Shown here: in pieces, positions 10,675 to 23,819 of the stretch
How positions within the stretch are numbered: the first letter of the stretch is position 1
Layout of the letters: every line of letters starts with the position of its first letter
Origin: Yuukianura sp. NJ FZ-2021
Lineage: Eukaryota
Direction of reading: 5' to 3'
Assembly: GCA_046563655.1 (NCBI GenBank)
Contig: CM102283.1
Span: forward strand, 558,001-622,000
DNA: 64,000 nt
Notes under the pieces: generated by a model
Seen by the model: only the letters and a program-made list of their open reading frames with translations
What the model was told of the DNA's origin: nothing
Databases searched by the model: none
Position numbers and translations under genes: made by a program

Positions 10675-12686
10675 AGTAACCTTAACGTCAGGAGCAGGAC
10701 ATAAATTGAAATTTTTTTTTTGTGAAAATGGAGTGGGCAATTAAAGATTTCCTAAGTCGTAGAAGACATCAAACAATTCAAGGTGGATTTCTGGTTAAGA
10801 ATCGTTAGGCACAAAAAACACAAGGAAAAGTTAGTCCATTCGAGGTCAGTTTTGATTTTTTTTCGATTTTTCGAAAAAGTTGCATCATAATGCATTGAGG
10901 GGGCGAGGCTTAAGAAAAAACGCTACAAAGCAGTTTGAGCAAGAAATTGAGATTCCCTTTGTTGAAACACATAGAAAGGAATCTTACAAGGAAATAGCCA
11001 GAGGGCTAGAACAATTCGTATGTAAATTTCAGAGAGAAATGGTTACAAAATCCAAGGGCAGTGGACTCAAAAAATTAGCACGTAAAAGTTTTAAATTCAG
11101 AAATTTTAAAGTTACAAAAAAGTTAAATAGAATACTTAAAGGCACGGGCCCTTATAAATAGTTTTTGCAAAACCGAGGGGCCACAAGATTTTCTGCACTA
11201 AAAAGCCAGTCACGTACAGTGTCACCCAACATTTTTTTAATTTTCGTCTCAATACTTTCACAATAAATTTGAAAATAGCTTAAGAATTCAGATGAATTTG
11301 TATTTTTAATAGGAGGGCTGTCACTTTGAGTGAAATTATAAACAACACAAGAATTGGTTTTAGTTGCCAAGGCATTCTGGCCACCACCTAGACTAGACCT
11401 AAATGAATCGAAAAAATCTTCACAGAGCAACTAAACTGGACGTAAATTCAAAACGATGACAAATTAACCTTACTCCACTTTTACTAAATACTCTGATAAG
11501 TTTGGTACTCGTAAGTTAGACAAATTTCACCGAAATTCACCACGTCAACGAAAAATTTGAAATTAATAGGAATTTTGTTTTACTGATGACAACAGAAAGT
11601 TGGAATGACAACTTAAAATCGAGATGAATCTGGCAAAATCAAACGTACATCACTTTCCAGATAACGGCTTTAAAAATTAGAAAATTTGGCGAATAAGTAA
11701 TAAATTATAGAAAAATTTGTTCTCAGTTCTCAAGCACGGAGTAATCAATTTTTAGTATTTCAAAATTCAAGATTAAAAATTTTTCAGAAGCCTAATTTTG
11801 GAGAAGGAAGTCAATAGAGTCGTAGAGGCTGGTATTTGGTTCTACTCCTTCCGGTGAGCGGAAAGAACGGAGTGGCTTAGAGAACGAAAGCGCCAGTAAG
11901 AGTCGAAGGCCGAATTTGGCAATTCGGAGTACATTAATTTAAAAATCCGGAAAGCGTGCAAATCAAATTTCGATGACAATATGAAAAAATTGAAGGGCAA
12001 AATCTTAGTGGTTTTATGAAAGAATTTCTAAAAAAATCTGGAAAAGTTCTGAAACAATAAAATTTCAGTTTCCTTTCAGTTCAAAATAATTTAGGAATAA
12101 TAAAATTTTGATCCAGTCATATTTTAGCTGTTAGAGTGGAAAACGACAGGAAAACGTCAAAAACGGACGGACGGAGCGACAGTTTATTATGGAGTTTTAA
12201 ATTAGAATCTTATGAAAAAGGAGGTTGTTAGGTTTAAGTTCACTTTTCCAACAAGGAAGGCAAATTTGATTGTGGAAATTTTTTTTGACTTAGCAATGAT
12301 ACAACTTTGAAAAGGACAGTTTTGGTGAGAAAAGCCAAAACTCTGACGAGTTTGCCAAAAAACAATTGGGGTTCATGTCAAAGGGCATGTCAAAATTTAG
12401 GATTGGAATTCCTTAATTGGAGGGGCAGGAAGCCGAACACGGGATGCTTCTCTGTCCCCTCGACCAACAACTTGGCATTAAAATTAATTCAATAAAAGCA
12501 GAAATTCGGAAGTTAGAGAATTCAGCCGCGATAAAGTGAAATACAAATTGATAAAATTTTGAATTTCTCAAATTAGAAATGAAATATTTGAATTTTGGTT
12601 GAAAAAACATAAAACAACAGGTAAGAATTATAAAATATTAAGACGCAGTAGATTGATGTACATAAAAAATGATTTTCCAGACAATC

Positions 12687-12920
12687 CGAGGTCAAGTTTT
12701 TTGTTCATTCCATTTGGAAAATTTTTTGAACCGTAGTTTATTATTACGAAGGTATGACGAAACCAGACACTTCGAGGTTAAGTTTTTGTGAATTTTATTT
12801 TAAAAATCTTCAATCGTAGTACATTGTTATGAAGGTATGAAGAACTCAGACGAGGTCAACTTTTTGTTCAAATTCAAGTTGAAATTTTTGGAGGCGTAGT
12901 ACAATGGCATTGAGGCCCTG
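12687..12920. repeat. About 80-bp degenerate tandem repeat, 3 copies
   Basis: CGAGGT(C/T)AA units start at 12687, 12773 and 12851. Confidence 0.7.
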
Positions 12921-15221
12921 AAAAACCGATTAAAAACTGGTTTAAACCAGAATCTGTGAACACTGGTTTTTCCCCTCCCAGAGAAAAATAATGACTTTCG
13001 CAAAGGGGGAAGAAACTTAAAAATTTTTTTTTTAGCCCCACGGCAATACCAAATCAGAAAACCAGCTCCCTTTAAAAAATCAGCAGAGATGCAAGAAATA
13101 TCCTTTTAAATATTAAATATGAAATATTTAATAAAAAGATTTTGGCATTAAAAACGAACATAAACATAAATATTTTTCCAAATTTTTAACCGTTTCTGAA
13201 AAATTAACAAAATTTTTGTAAAGCATTGGGTTATCTCAGTGTTTTTCAAACCAAAATTATGGCACATTAATAACATCTTTCCCGTTTATGGTTAGAAATT
13301 TTTTTGTGTGTCTCCAAACGATAAAGAGACACTAAGAGCCATCCTTAGAAAAATTGGATAGACTATTAATGTTTAAATCAAACAGGAAAACATAGCACAG
13401 ATTCAGAAACACTTAAAATCCTGATTACGATAGAAGTATCAGCTGATAAATTAGAAAAGGCAAACTTCAAGTCGAAATTTTAAAACTGTGAAAATATTGA
13501 ATAGGTTAACAAATATTTTCTTAAATATAGAGCAGCTTTCAGTAAAAGTCTCAATAAATATTTTGGTTTTTTTTATTATTGTAAATATTTTTTGCAACTC
13601 TGATAATCAGGGAACATCATTTGGCGGATGGGGGCCAGTAAAGAGTAGAAACCCAAGCTTGGGAGGTGAAAATTTTTCAAAGTTTTTGAACAACGAAAAG
13701 TTCAACAACAGTTCGATTCTGACAAGGGGCGAGTAAACTTAGTACCAAGGAAACGTCAACCCCACCGGGACAAAGCCTAAAAGGTGGAGGGAAGAACCAA
13801 GGTGAAGAACCACTGAACAATATGGCTAACTAAATAGGGAACAATAAGAAATTTAATCCATGAGACGGACAACAAAAAGTGAAATTCGGACAAAAAAACT
13901 GTACTTTACACACGTAGTGTTCAAAAGTAATGTTTTCAACGTTTAGTGAGGAAATTTGGGGCACTACGTGAGGGTCTCCAGAGCAGCACTGCGCCAAACA
14001 GCGTGGAGAGGTATTTAAGAATTCAGCTTCAAAGAAAATGTAATTTCATATTACTTTATTTCCTAAAGAGATTGATGTGATTTGAGATTGACAATATTCA
14101 GTCTATCAGAGGCGGGCCGTTGTGTCGTTGTCGCTCGGTAAAAGGTGGACAAGAGAGCGTCTAATGTTGTTCGTCTGGCAGAGGCGAAGCCGAACTCTCG
14201 TAACGTTTGGGAGTGGCGTCAATGTCGGGTGTGTATTTTGAAATTTGAGTTCAGGCAAGGTCCGCAATGTTTGCTGGATTGTATCGGCATCTCGGCTCGG
14301 TAGTACCCGACCACGAACCGACACTACACGACGGCGGGCCTAGTCAAGTCACATCAGTGGGTAGATCGGGAGAGGTAATCGGAGGATCGATAATGGTGGC
14401 CAATTTTAAATTGAGCTTACGCATCGACGAAACTACATTCGACTCTCCCCGATCTACTCGATAATTATCATCAACATATAAGAGGAGTTAGAAAAATTAG
14501 TAGTAATGTAAATCAAATGGTAATTACAGGGAAAGTCAGATCAAAGTGGTCGGTTCAAGGGAGAACCCCTAAGAAGTTTGAGAGAAGGACGGAGAGATTG
14601 TGATGCATATAGTCGCAACAATATTCACAAACGATGGAAGGGACGCCATCTACAGAGAAAGTAGGCCACGAATTAACAACGCATTCAGCCCATCTAATAC
14701 GACTAAGTGATGTATTTAAGCTAAGTTCACAAATACGACTTCACAACGTAAAAAATGTAAATTTCATTTGTTTTTCCATAATATCTAACAAAATTAGTCA
14801 GGAATCGGACCAAAAAGCGTTTATCCGTATTTTGGAAAGTGAATTTGTAAGATAATCAGTGAGGTAAATTTTAGATGTGCTAGAGAGAACAAAATAAGTA
14901 TAACGCAAACAGTATTAACAATTAGAAGACAGTGGATAAATTTGTTTCAAACAAAATACGAATGGGCAAATTTTAATGAGACTGGCTGCTGTGGAATGCG
15001 AATTACAAAAAAGAAATCAGCCCGTCTCATTGTCGTTTTGGCAAAAACAAGACCGAACGGTTGACTTTCCCACAGTCGACATCCTGGCCATTGATATTTT
15101 TACAGTTGACACTTTTGATGTATATAACTTAAAACGATCAGTTTTTTCAGTTGACATTTTTACTTATATTTTACTTACTGGGCACACTATACAACAATAC
15201 AACAGAAATAGAAATTAAAAT

Positions 15222-16923
15222 TTAGCTTACATTATGCTGGTTATGTGTTAAACTTACATTAGGCACCACACTAGGATCCAGAAGTCTCTCTCGAATGAGG
15301 CTAGAAAGTTTTCTTAAAAACTTTCCAGCAGCATCAGTCTCATCTGGAGACAATATAATAGGATTCGTAGCATCAGGAAAATCATGCTCAAGCAGAGTAC
15401 TTACTGAACGTTGCAAATTCTATAAATACAATTACTGATGTTACAAAAAAGAGAATTAAATAACATGCACCTTTAAAAAGGACCAAAACTAACATGCTTT
15501 TCAGCAATTCGTCGTATCAGTGATTCGCAGGGCAGAAACATTTCGTAATAATTGAATAGTGGAGGAGAAATTGAGTTAAGCACATTACTGCATTTCGACT
15601 TGAGTTTGTTTTGCAGTTCCCAGAAACTGAGCTCAGACATAAAAGCAGTCCATTTTACAGGGAATTTTTTAGTTTTCGCTCGCTTCACCTCTCTTACACG
15701 GGGAATGCTAATGAGCCACTAAAAAATTTAAAAATTCTTAAATTACTAATTCTAAAAAAAAATTCATACGAAAATTTTCCCTCACATCACAAATTATAGG
15801 TAGAAAAGTGGGCTGAACCTTTGAACAAGAACTTATCTTTCCAAATGCCCAATGGACTAAATTTTCCGCGAAATAAAGTTTTTCTGCGAGATTTTCGCAA
15901 CATTGCAACAAACATCCCGGCATGAAGGTTAACTACAACATTTTTGTCAAAACACAAAGTTAAAATCAAAAATATAACAAAGATGGAAAAGTAAAATTTG
16001 TTTAAACTACTAACCTTTCCCCAGATAGAGGAATTATAAATCAGATGAGGAAGGATTAAAGTCCATACGAACTGAATAATTTCAATTCCAAAGCCTTGGA
16101 CCCGTAAAGACGGAATGATCTTGAAATTCCAAATCGCTTTGTCCTCATTTGACAACTTCCTATTGTCAGGGTGTTCAGCACGGTCAAGTAAAATGTCAAT
16201 AGCATCAGTTAGCTCCGCCCGACTCGAGTTCGACAAAACTCGAATAATAACTGGAGTTTCAGTTCGGTCAGCAACTTTCGAGCGAATAGCAGACGAGTTA
16301 GTATTGTTAGCATTAGATGTAATAGTAGTTGATGGAGTTGACATCATTAGTTCGACATCAATTGGTCGAGCTAAGCAGAGTAACTCCTTCGGGAAAATTT
16401 GAAAGTTCTCTTAAGTCTTCAGCATTTTCACCCTCTTCAGATCTGTTGAAAAGAAATAATTTAAGATACGGGATCCCAAAATTAAAAAATTAAAACTTTT
16501 TGAAAAAATTTACATTGGAGAAAAATCAGGAAGAGAATCCTCGGTCATGGAAATCTGAGGAGTCAGAATTGGCATAGTTTCCACAAAATCGGAATGGGGT
16601 TCATACGTGGGAGTAGTTAGGGAACTTCCAGTTTCATTTGAATGATAGGAACTCCTCCACAACTGTATTGGACTTTTTGAGCAAAAAACGCTGTTTGGAG
16701 ATTTAGAAATGGAAGAAATAGGAGAGCCCGAAACAGTAATAGTAGTGAATGATTTAGTCAAGTTAGTTAGGAGTGGCAAACGTTCTAAAGGGACGGAAAT
16801 CGAGGAAGTGATTGTACTAGAACGTGTAGAGGTAGAACATGGAGACTTGCTAACACGAGAATCGGAACGAGGCCTGATTTTCCGAGGAACTGATTTCCGA
16901 GGAACTTTTCTATGTCTTCCCAT
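15222..16923 (-). CDS. Putative multi-exon gene of unknown function with a basic, Ser/Thr-rich N-terminus; possibly degenerate
   Basis: Successive minus-strand ORFs joined by plausible GT-AG introns (WGK|LTFMPGC...IICD|HSRVREV...KH|NLQRSV); frame conflict near 16350-16440. Confidence 0.4.
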
Positions 16924-17232
16924 GATTTTAAAATCTATCAAGAGAAATTCAAACAAAAACCCAAAAAATTAAAAACTGAAAATAAAAAGTTATTAATTTT
17001 AAATAAAAAATAATAAAAATTCTGTACATTAGTGTACATACGTACATGTAAAGTTCCACACTATTTTTACATCACAAGAGATTGGTTGCATATTCAGAAA
17101 AACAGACGACAGAACAATCCAAAACTTTCTAAAAAATTATAAAGCGCTAAATTCATAAACAAGAACTAACTGATTTTATTTCAAAAATTGATTGCTAAAA
17201 TAGGAAATTTTACAAAATATAAAATGATTACA

Positions 17233-17751
17233 TTAAATAATTATAACATTTTCTAAGTTTTCCTCAGTATAAGGCCGATTCAAGAATTCAAGAACGCTCC
17301 TTCTAAGTTCTCTTAAGCGACGATGCATAATAGCTTCATAAATTACGATAAATAGTGAAATTTCGTTAAAATCATAGTGAAGCTCATTTTCAAATGGTTC
17401 GGAAACCATAAAATCAACAGCTAAATCCAATCGATTACGTCTAATCACAGCTAATACTAATCGATAGTTATCATATTCTAACCTAGCATAACGAGGCACT
17501 GAGCTAACATGAATCAAACGGTCGTTAGCCCCGTTCCCCCGACAAACATGACTATTTGACAATAATTTTCGGAAATCAGTTAATCCCATAAAATTTTCTA
17601 AAAAATTTAAATTAATAGTAATATCAGGAGTGTATAACAAGAAATCTAAAATTGAAATAGGAAAACTGCCTAAGGCAATTGATCTCAAACAGCGCGAAAC
17701 ATACGACAAACCTGGAGGGCCATAAACATCTAAGTCACTAGACATTCCCAC
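17233..17751 (-). CDS. Hypothetical helical protein (172 aa)
   Basis: Long ORF in AT-rich DNA; no family recognised; start uncertain. Confidence 0.35.
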   Translation of the reverse strand: MGMSSDLDVYGPPGLSYVSRCLRSIALGSFPISILDFLLYTPDITINLNFLENFMGLTDFRKLLSNSHVCRGNGANDRLIHVSSVPRYARLEYDNYRLVLAVIRRNRLDLAVDFMVSEPFENELHYDFNEISLFIVIYEAIMHRRLRELRRSVLEFLNRPYTEENLENVIII

Positions 17752-17783
17752 ATCAAAAAGTTCACCCTGAGTGGTAGCTAAGT

Positions 17784-18101
17784 TTAAATTTGTTTGATTA
17801 TAATGTTGAAAATTGGAAAGAAATGCGCTATTTTAAGAACATCTTCAAAATTTAAATAAGAAGCAATTTGTTTACAAACGCAATACGGCAAGTTGAACAA
17901 GGGATGCTCGTAAGCCGCGGCCTCTTCATTTTCAAAATATCGCGGTAAATGTTGAAATAATTCCCTCCTTTCTTCTTCCTCAATGTCAAGGGAGAAAAGC
18001 AAATGACGTAAAATAAGTCGATTGAAGTACCCACAAGCAGACACAAAATTATAATCCGAATAAGGAGTGAATTCACACGAACTGAACTCCCGTTCTGTCA
18101 T
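17784..18101 (-). CDS. Small protein with a C-terminal F-box-like motif
   Basis: LFNLPYCVCKQIASYLNFEDVLKI fits L-x-x-LP-x5-I-x-x-YL-x3-D. Confidence 0.5.
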   Translation of the reverse strand: MTEREFSSCEFTPYSDYNFVSACGYFNRLILRHLLFSLDIEEEERRELFQHLPRYFENEEAAAYEHPLFNLPYCVCKQIASYLNFEDVLKIAHFFPIFNIIIKQI

Positions 18102-20864
18102 TCTTTAGACAAAAGTAGAACTATAAAATAAAAATTTTTTTTGTTGTTGTGTCTGGGCTTCTTAATACATGACTATAGGGCTGAAAGCAACCAATAGAAA
18201 GATGTTTTATAAGAAACATTTGAAATTTGAAAAAAAAAATTTTTTTTGGAAACAGCAGATTATAGATTAACAAATTCCTCAACTGCATCTCCATGAAGCA
18301 GTTAACAACGTAAAATAACTTTGTGTCACAAAGGACTTGACGAAATGCTTAATTTGAAAAGCCAAAATTTCATAAGTAAGAAATTTGCAAAAATTGTACT
18401 TAAATACTCACTATATAAATCGGAAGTAGCTGGTCCCAAAAAGCACACACTTGCAAATCGACAAGTTCAAGATTTTAAAGTTCAAGTTGAGGTTATCTTT
18501 CACTCTGTAAAAAGAAAACACAAAAAGGAAGTTATAACAGACAATTCTGAGTTTCAGAACTATGACCGCTTTAACTAATGCTCGGAACTCAAAATTCACG
18601 AAAATCTTTAGCATTTTACGGAAAACATCCTAATTCAGATTCATTACTCTCACCCAGACTTAGTTAAGTACAAAAAATAAAGTTAAAAGTAGTACAGCAG
18701 TTTTAGTGCACTTAAGGTATTTTTGTGCAGTAAAAACAAACTTCGAATTTGAACCAATTTTGAGGGGACATTAAGTAGCTTAAAAGAGGGCGACGGAAAA
18801 ATTCTTTGAATTGACCTGTGACCTCGGGGAAAGGTCACAGGGTAGTACTCTATAGAACAAAAAATGTTCCACTGATGACACTCAACAATTTTCATAGGGA
18901 TCGTTTTTGAGGTTGTCAGAGGGCAACTTTGACCAAAATACTTAGAAAATTTTCAATACAGGGGAAAGCATGGGAATGGGACTTATGAAATGTTCACTGC
19001 TTGAAACTTGCCACAACCCACTCACGGCAATAATATAAAAAGAGAAAGTGGAAAACAGGTTGAGAGACTCACTATCTCGATGATCCCGATGTGAATTTCC
19101 AAAAAACCCCAGGGGTCCTTTTTTAGTCTGTAAGAACCGAACAGATTTGAGATTTCGACTTGAACAGGTAGACTTGGGGCACTTAAACGGAACTTTTAGC
19201 ACCTTTTAGACGATCCAAGAATTTTTATGACACTTCACAATAGGTAGATATAATGCTGGGTCAAAATACTAAAACAGAATTCAAATCACAATAGGGTCAA
19301 TACCGTAAATTCTTTGAAAAAATGACATTGTACACAAAATTGTAAAAAAAATTTTCACTATGGCCGCTGTTTCAAAAGGTCACAGAAGGACCTGTCTCGA
19401 AAGAGCCCTTTACAGGTCCACTTAGGGAAATGGCGTAAAGCTGAGTGAAAATAATAATTCGAAGCGGAACTCTAAATAGAATAAAAATTTTACAATTTAA
19501 AAATTAGAGATAGTCCTCTCACCCCCTCACTAAGTTTTGCAAATGTAGGTCAGGAATCTGCATAGCGTTGGCAGAGGTCAAGACAAATTTGTCCAGATGC
19601 CAAATCTGGAAAAACAACATATAGAAGGCCAAATGTCAACAAGAGTCGAGTCGAAGGTAGTCAGCACAAGAAGTAGACTTGTGAAATCTATGACGATGGA
19701 AGTTCTTGGCTTGAAATTCTTTTCGAAATTATATTCAAGCATAAAATCCACTTTGTTGGATGAAAAGCAAGGAAAAAGTTAGCAAATTCACCGAAAAATA
19801 AAAATCCGTCAAAAAATCCGAATTTTTGCAAATTTTGCGAAATTTTACCGTAAAGTTTCCTGTACTAGGCAATGGCACGCAATTCTTTTGCCCATATTTA
19901 AACCAGTAACAAAATCAATTTTTCTAAAAAATTAGTAGGGAAGTAGATTAACTACATTAAATCTTACACTAACAATTAGGTTTAGAAAAAAAAAATTTCA
20001 TAAACGTAATTTACAGAGAGGAAAAACTGTAAATTTCACGAATACCGTAAAACTCTCAAAGAGAAGTATTAGCTATCAGCATATAAGTAGGATTCACTTT
20101 ACGACAAGCCAGTTGTATAGAAAAATCAGCACTTGGAATTGAATATTTACGGTATTTTTAAACTAAAAAACTCAAGTTCAAATTAACTTGAACAAATCAT
20201 AAGAATACTATACTTAATATTAGTTAGCTATAACATCAATTTTATAAACATTTCAAGAAGTAGACAAAGCAAGGACCATTAGAATTCATTACCCATAACA
20301 TACCGACCACTAAAGGAAGATTTACGGTATTTCCAGAATCTAAGTCCAAAAGTGCAAAAATTTTGAACTATTTTGGAAAAACTTTCAATTATCTGAAAGA
20401 GTCATAACCAAACAACGTAATGATGGGTTTTTGATTAATAAAACCAAAATTTTGCAAATTTTTGCGCGAAAGTCTAAAATGTGAAACAGCTGACTAAAAA
20501 CGACGTACCTAAAGTACCGAGAGATAACTCATCTGTAAATAAAATAAATTTTTACTTAATATATAGCAGAATACGTTTAACTTAATGAGAATAGTTAGAA
20601 ATTTATCAGAAAATTGAAAATTTTGCTGAAAATTTAAAATAATTAATTTTCGAAATTTTGAGTTTTCACCACAAAGCACACAATTTAAGATAGGGAAGGC
20701 ATATAGAAAAAATGTATAATTAATTATGACCAACAACTTTTGTATAGGTCAAATTCCATGTTTATATAGGAAAGGAAACGTTACTATTGACCTTTGACCC
20801 AAACACATATAATTTTTTTGAATATTCTTATGAGAAATAACTAAGCAAGGTCAAAGCTACTAAA

Positions 20865-21150
20865 TTAAACCCATTTCCGAATTTGAGCATATTCATGATC
20901 AAAAGTAGTCAGACATACAGACAGACAGACAGACGAACACACAGACATATATAACAACAAAGTAGCTTTTATTAAAATTTTTGACAAAATTAAAATTGAA
21001 ATTCCCAATTTGGTCAGTGACAAGCAGACAGACGGACACACGGACATACATAATAATAAAGTATTTTATCAATATTTCGGAAAAAAATTAAAATTAAAAT
21101 TTACAACTTCGAAAATAACAGGCGATCAGACAGACTGACAATAAAGATAC
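20865..21150 (-). repeat. (GACA)n-containing repeats resembling non-autonomous Helitron 5' ends
   Basis: Three GACAGACA blocks each followed by A/T-rich ATAATAA-like sequence; similar to 23700-23740 and 55975-56015. Confidence 0.4.
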
Positions 21151-22093
21151 CATAACGTAGACGTAGTCTTTTTTTAAAAAAAAATTTTTACTAAAAAATC
21201 AAAATTTTTGCAAAATTTTTTGAAAAATTCTCATATGTTAACTGGTTCAACCCAGTTTCCATAAAAATCTGGACCTGTTTTGCAAAATTAAAATCCGGGA
21301 TCAGAGAGAGGTCACATCTGTCAAAAAGTGACCGTTGGGATTCCTTATGGGCACCATAAGGAAAACGCTTTTTTTTGAGGCCAGAAGATTAAAAGATTTA
21401 CGACTATGTTTTGAACTTTTGACATGGGAAAAGATGTTGACCAGACATCGAACTCAAAGAAACCATCAGTCCAACATGTGGCCTCAACACTGTTGCCCAA
21501 TTGTGATTGGAAGGCGCACTGTATAAACTCCGCCCACCCAAGCCAAAGCTTGGGAAGAATTTCCTTACAAAGGGGGAGACTAATACGATGAGTTCCTGAA
21601 TTTAAGTATTCAATTGAAAAATTAATCTTCTTTTTAGCATGATAGTTTAAATAAGCTATTTAATTAAATTAAATTACTTTAGTAACACAGAATCACTGGA
21701 GTGATATTTCATTTTACTAAACCAAATATACTTTTGTTTTTCAGCATTTACACACATATAAAGCATAAAAATTCAAAGAGGACAAAAAAGGAAAACCAAA
21801 TAAATATCTACAAGGCAATTAAGTCATCGAGGGGAATTATAACAACGACTCAAGTGGTTGCATCACTTAAAGGTAAATTTGGTTTCTTTTAAACTAAACC
21901 TTATTTTTTTGGGGACACTATAAAGAGAAATTAGGCACTCGACTTTTGGAAAAATTTTATGCAAGAGGGTGACTAATAAACAGATTTAAGAAATCCCATT
22001 TGACAAAAGGAGGGTAACAAATACTCGGATTTTTTTCTCGCCTTAAGTTAAGACTGGAGGACATTAAATCTAGTATAAGACATTAGTTAAGTA

Positions 22094-23537
22094 CAGTGAG
22101 AGGCACGAAAACCTGCACACCCCAAATTTGTTGCCTTGGTTACAATTGAAACCATGGAGGGAAATTCTGTTCATCAACAACCTGAGTTCAGAATTCTAAA
22201 TTTAAAAAAACTGAAAAATTTGTATTTTCGTTTCCACTATCTCCACTGCGTTCAAGTTTTAGAAATGGCGCAATACACAAGCCAGCAAAGGGGTCAAATG
22301 GCTGCCCTTTATCACGAACAAGGGAGTTATAGGAAAGCGCGGGAGGTCTTCGCTGGAATTCATCCTAACTTGCCAATTCCTGCCGTCAACACTGTCAAAT
22401 TGGCCGTTCAGAAGAATGCAAAGCTAGGAAATCAGGAAAACCGAAAATACAAAAGAGCAAAACCTGCAACGAACGATGGAATCTCAGCGGCAGTTGTAGC
22501 GTTTTTGGATGCTAATCCACATTCAAGTTTGCGGGACTTGAGCAACCATGCTGGAATTTCGAAGCGATCAATTAAGCGAATTCTGAAAGTTCAGAAGTTC
22601 CATCCCTACAAAATGAAATTTCTTCAAACGCTAACAAACGATGACCCAAAACACCGAATTGAGTTTTGTGAGCAGTTGATTGACCTGTGCGACGCAGACC
22701 CACATTTAAGTTCACGAATTTGCTTTAGCGACGAAGCAACTTTTTTTTTGAACGGAAGATTTAATCACCAAAATTTCAGGTTCGAAAATTACCGAAAAAT
22801 TATTTAACCTTCAATGGTACCATGCTGCAGCCACTCAAAAGCAGGAAAACATCACTTCCTTTTAGATATTGGTCTCAAGTCAACCCTCACTGGATGTCAG
22901 ATTGTAAGTCGCAAAATGCCCCAAAAGTAAACGTGTGGGCTGGTGTCCTAGGAGACAGAATTGTCGGCCCCTTCTTCTTTGAAGGTAATATCAACGGGCA
23001 AGGATATTTGGAAATGCTTCAAGATGAAATTGGGCCGGCATTGGAGCAAATTGCTGGAGACGATGAGATTTACTTTCAGCAAGACGGTGCTCCAGCGCAT
23101 TGGCTGAAAGATGTACGAGCCTATTTAAACGATACATTTCCTGGAAGATGGATTGGTAGGGATGGACCAATTCCATGGCCTGCTAGGTCTCCTGACCTTT
23201 CACCTTTGGATTTTTGCATCTGGGGTATTATCAAACACCAAGTCTTTCTGGTACGTAGCCCTACAATTCAAGACTTGCAACAACGAATACGAGATACTTT
23301 CGCTGCCATCACTCCAGATACACTTCGAAACGCTCGCCGAGCATTCTATGATCGCTTGGAGTACTGCATCGTTGCTGAAGGGAAGCACTTTGAACATGAA
23401 ATCTAGTTAAATCTTCGAATTTATACTTAGACACAGGATTATTGTTAGGTTGTTTGTGCAACAGTTTTCCCCCCAGATTTGGCAAAATAAACAAAATAAT
23501 TACTATGGAGGTGTGCAGGTTTTCGTGCCTCTCACTG
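22094..23537 (+). mobile_element. Full-length Tc1/mariner superfamily transposon, DD41D (rosa/VS) type
   Basis: Perfect 28-bp TIR CAGTGAGAGGCACGAAAACCTGCACACC with TA flanks. Confidence 0.95.
22265..23406 (+). CDS. DD41D transposase, 2 exons (22265-22779, 22866-23406)
   Basis: CFSDEA, FQQDGAPAH, WPARSPDLSPLDF; 41 residues between the 2nd and 3rd Asp; an 86-nt GT-AG intron restores NFR-YW. Confidence 0.9.
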
Positions 23538-23819
23538 TACATTTGAAAAATGCAGTTAATTAATTAAATTAAAATTTATTCCTTTTATTTCAGCTCCAAG
23601 CGCAAAGGTTTTATTTTTTGAAAAAGACAATAACTACGCCTAACATTAACAACAAAAGGTAAATTTTAATTGCAATTTTATCTTAATTATTATATTTAAT
23701 ATAAAATCGAGACCCTGTTTATCTGTTTGTGTGTCCTGCTACTCCTCCGAAACTACTGGACCGATTTGGACAAATGAGGTGTCCTTTTCTTCGTGAGGTC
23801 ACCCCGAAGAGCATAGGCT

